From Chloroflexota bacterium (GTDB lineage: Bacteria; Chloroflexota; Limnocylindria; Limnocylindrales; CSP1-4), in NCBI GenBank assembly GCA_030447745.1, contig JAUJOH010000010.1, positions 35,374-99,373 of the forward strand: 64,000 nt of DNA. Reading direction: 5' to 3'. Made by a program: the position numbers and the translations under genes. The notes under the pieces are model-generated. The model worked only from the letters and a program-made list of their open reading frames with translations. It was not told where the DNA came from and did not search any database. Within the stretch, counting starts at the first letter, position 1. The number at the start of each line of letters is the position of its first letter. Of this stretch, positions 61,657 through 64,000 are shown piece after piece.

Positions 61657-62994
61657 CTAAAAGTAAGTGCGTATTGCTCCCGTAATGCTGCCGTCCGGGC
61701 GAGCCGTGAAGAGGGTCCGCCAGCGGTCGAATGCTGAGCACGGATGAGAAACACCCAACGCAACGATGTCGGTGACGCCTACTCGTGACCCCGACGGCAC
61801 TTCGAGATAAGCGTGGTGGTCGTCCAAGCGTCGGATTCTGTAGCGCGAGTCGACAGCACCGTGGCTGCCGTCCGAACGGATCACGGTGAGTGGCACCGGA
61901 AGCCCGGCATCATAGGGGGCGTCGCGCCGCCCCAACAGCAGGATCGCCAGGCGCTCTTCAGGCCGCGATATCACCGGTGCCCACAAAGTGAGAGCCGCCC
62001 GAAGTCCGTCGCCCGATGGTCGGTAACGTCGACTTCCGAGAGGCGACATTTTGTCGTAGATCCCGGAGTCGTGGGCGATATATGCCCCCGAGCGCAGGAT
62101 CAACTGCATGTCATCGGTAGCAAAGTCGGCGTACTCCGCGACGACGATGTCGAAGTACGCACTACCACCCGCGGAAACCAGGAACGGCTCAACATCTCGG
62201 GCCAGCGGCCGGAGCATGTTTGCGATCACCCCGAGCTCGCGTAGATAGTCTCGGACGGGGTCTGGAGTCGCTGGCTGGCTTTGCCGGCGCGTGATTGTGC
62301 CCTCAAACCCAGCGACGCCGGCCAGCACAAGGTGTCTACTCTGCTCCACCTCGCGTGCGATTGCCACGGCCGTGGCTGGGTATCGAACGCCCGTCCGTCC
62401 GCCGTCTTGACCAACCTCAAGCAGCACCGGAAGTCGGCGAGGCGTACCGCTAAGGCGCTCGTCGAGCATTCGTACACCGTCGATGCTATCGACAAAGACA
62501 ATGACTTCCGTGAGGCGCTCGCCGACGAGTTGCTCGCGCAGATAGCGCGTGTCATGGCTGGTGGCGACCTCGGTTGCGACCACCACTCTAGGAACGCCGA
62601 AGGCCTCGCAGACGGCCAGCTGAGGAATGGTTGCAACGGTGATCGCCCAAGCGCCCGCCCGGAGTTGCTCCGCGAAGATCTGCGGCGCCATCGTCGTCTT
62701 GCCGTGTGGAGCCAGCCAAGCGTTGTGTTCGTCAGCGTACCGCTGCATGACGACCGCGTTGTTGAGCAGGGCATCCGAATCCAGGGTTAGGAGGGGGAGC
62801 GGAACGTCCGTCGAACCGACGTACCAACCCTGCCGCCCTACCTCGCTCAGCGCTATCGGCGCCTTGTGAGCAGTTGCTCGGTCAATGGCAGGCATCGGGC
62901 TATCAAGGAGCCCCTCGATTGCCGCCTCGACAACTGGCGTGGACCCGTGGGGTCTCGGTTCGAAGTGGAGTTGTTTCTTCGACGGATCCGCCAT
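61657..62994 (-). CDS. PLP-dependent enzyme with alanine-racemase-like N-domain (D-serine dehydratase-like / D-threonine aldolase DSD1 family)
   Basis: Intact 445-aa ORF: WLAPHGKTTMAPQIF (PLP-Lys in HxKT context), then a C-terminal beta-domain. Divergent from the IclR regulator. Confidence 0.7.
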   Translation of the reverse strand: MADPSKKQLHFEPRPHGSTPVVEAAIEGLLDSPMPAIDRATAHKAPIALSEVGRQGWYVGSTDVPLPLLTLDSDALLNNAVVMQRYADEHNAWLAPHGKTTMAPQIFAEQLRAGAWAITVATIPQLAVCEAFGVPRVVVATEVATSHDTRYLREQLVGERLTEVIVFVDSIDGVRMLDERLSGTPRRLPVLLEVGQDGGRTGVRYPATAVAIAREVEQSRHLVLAGVAGFEGTITRRQSQPATPDPVRDYLRELGVIANMLRPLARDVEPFLVSAGGSAYFDIVVAEYADFATDDMQLILRSGAYIAHDSGIYDKMSPLGSRRYRPSGDGLRAALTLWAPVISRPEERLAILLLGRRDAPYDAGLPVPLTVIRSDGSHGAVDSRYRIRRLDDHHAYLEVPSGSRVGVTDIVALGVSHPCSAFDRWRTLFTARPDGSITGAIRTYF

Positions 62995-63006
62995 AGCCCT
63001 TCAAGC

Positions 63007-63036
63007 TTGACAGGGAAGGAGGTCACAGCCTACCAT
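63007..63036 (+). promoter_or_regulatory. Candidate sigma70-like promoter for the IclR regulator in the divergent intergenic region
   Basis: TTGACA (63007-63012), 18-nt spacer, TACCAT (63031-63036); 26 nt upstream of the iclR ATG at 63062. Confidence 0.3.
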
Positions 63037-63061
63037 CCCCGCAGGTCGCTATACGAGCAAT

Positions 63062-63847
63062 ATGTCCGATATGCGAGCGGATGGCCGGAATTCCGCACTG
63101 GGCGTGCTTCAAAACGGAATGGCCCTCTTGGAACTTCTCGCCACGCGTGGAGGCCTGACCGTGGCCGAAGCGAGCCGAGGGATCGGCATTAGCCGCGCCG
63201 CAGCGTTCCGGCTCCTTCACACATTGAGCGTGCAGGGATACGTTCTTAAGAACTCTCGATCCCCTCGTTATTACCCCGCCGCCCGTCTAATCGCGCTGGG
63301 TCAGTCGCTAACGTCCTCGACCGCGATTGCCGGACTAATGAAGAGCGCCATGGCGACGCTCTTCGAGCTTTATGGCGAGACGGTGAATGTCGGACTCCCG
63401 CACGGCGATCGTGTTCTCTACATCGACATGCTCGAGAGCCGCCGTGGGCTCCGTATGGCTGCGCAGATCGGTGAACGGGACCACCTCCACTCCACGGCGC
63501 TCGGGAAAGCCCTGCTCGCGGCTTTGAGTCACGAGGACGCAGCAGCGTTGATAGCGGGAATCCCACTCCCGAGGCTCACCCACAGCACGATCACGTCGCG
63601 AACCGCACTGTTCGCAGAGATTGCCAGGATCCGCGAACGCGGCTATGCGGTCGATGATGAAGAGAATGAAATGGGCGCGCGATGCGTGGGCGTGGCAATT
63701 CGTGACGCCGGCCGTCCAGTTGTCGCCCTTAGCGTTTCAGGTCCCTCCGTCAGGATGCCGGAAGCCCTCATCGCGGACATTGGACGGAAGCTGGTGGCGA
63801 CGCGCGACGGGCTGGAGGCCGCGGACCATGCTTGGACTAACGCGTGA
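63062..63847 (+). CDS. IclR-family transcriptional regulator
   Basis: N-terminal wHTH (LTVAEASRGIGISRAAAFRLLHTLSVQGYV) and a C-terminal IclR effector-binding domain. Confidence 0.85.
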   Translation: MSDMRADGRNSALGVLQNGMALLELLATRGGLTVAEASRGIGISRAAAFRLLHTLSVQGYVLKNSRSPRYYPAARLIALGQSLTSSTAIAGLMKSAMATLFELYGETVNVGLPHGDRVLYIDMLESRRGLRMAAQIGERDHLHSTALGKALLAALSHEDAAALIAGIPLPRLTHSTITSRTALFAEIARIRERGYAVDDEENEMGARCVGVAIRDAGRPVVALSVSGPSVRMPEALIADIGRKLVATRDGLEAADHAWTNA

Positions 63848-64000
63848 CGCTCGCTATCTCGCCGTCTGGCTCAACATCGAGGTGATTGCGGCCGGCGTCA
63901 ATAGCACCTTTCGTGCTGGAACCTCTATGGCATCACAATCGGCACCTTTGGTCACGTTGGAGACGGCAATCTGCACCCGACCCTCGTCCTGCCACGGGGA

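Overview
The window is ~72% GC and almost entirely coding on the minus strand; it looks like a core chromosomal region of a high-GC bacterium (Actinomycetota-like, or another high-GC Gram-positive-like lineage). Minus-strand gene order (descending coordinates) runs from comM/dprA/topA/xerC through a peptidoglycan-precursor cluster, rel/hisS/aspS, typA/iscS/mnmA, alaS, ruvX/mltG/pepP/efp, xseA/xseB/dxs, tlyA/nadK/xerD, and scpA/scpB/rluB/cmk-plsC to a partial ispH at the window start. Many adjacent genes overlap by 4 nt (GTGA, ATGA or TTGA), which indicates long translationally coupled operons. Three things stand out. (1) A standalone peptidoglycan cluster: a MurE-like ligase with a degenerate Walker A motif, three tandem FemAB-family transferases and two tandem MurJ flippases. 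(2) A two-gene module between alaS and ruvX: an FtsA/PilM-like actin-fold ATPase translationally coupled to a RodZ/ZipA-like bitopic membrane protein. (3) comM is truncated at its 5' end at about 57208; beyond that point a lower-GC accessory block carries DinB genes, decayed pseudogenes and an IclR-regulated PLP enzyme, consistent with an island inserted at comM. A 1.25-kb repeat-rich non-coding region lies upstream of rel. Caveat: at least 18 single-base frameshifts disrupt otherwise well-conserved genes, including essential ones (alaS, mnmA). Most sit in G/C homopolymers, so the sequence probably carries uncorrected indel errors and exact CDS boundaries are approximate. No rRNA, CRISPR or convincing tRNA was found.
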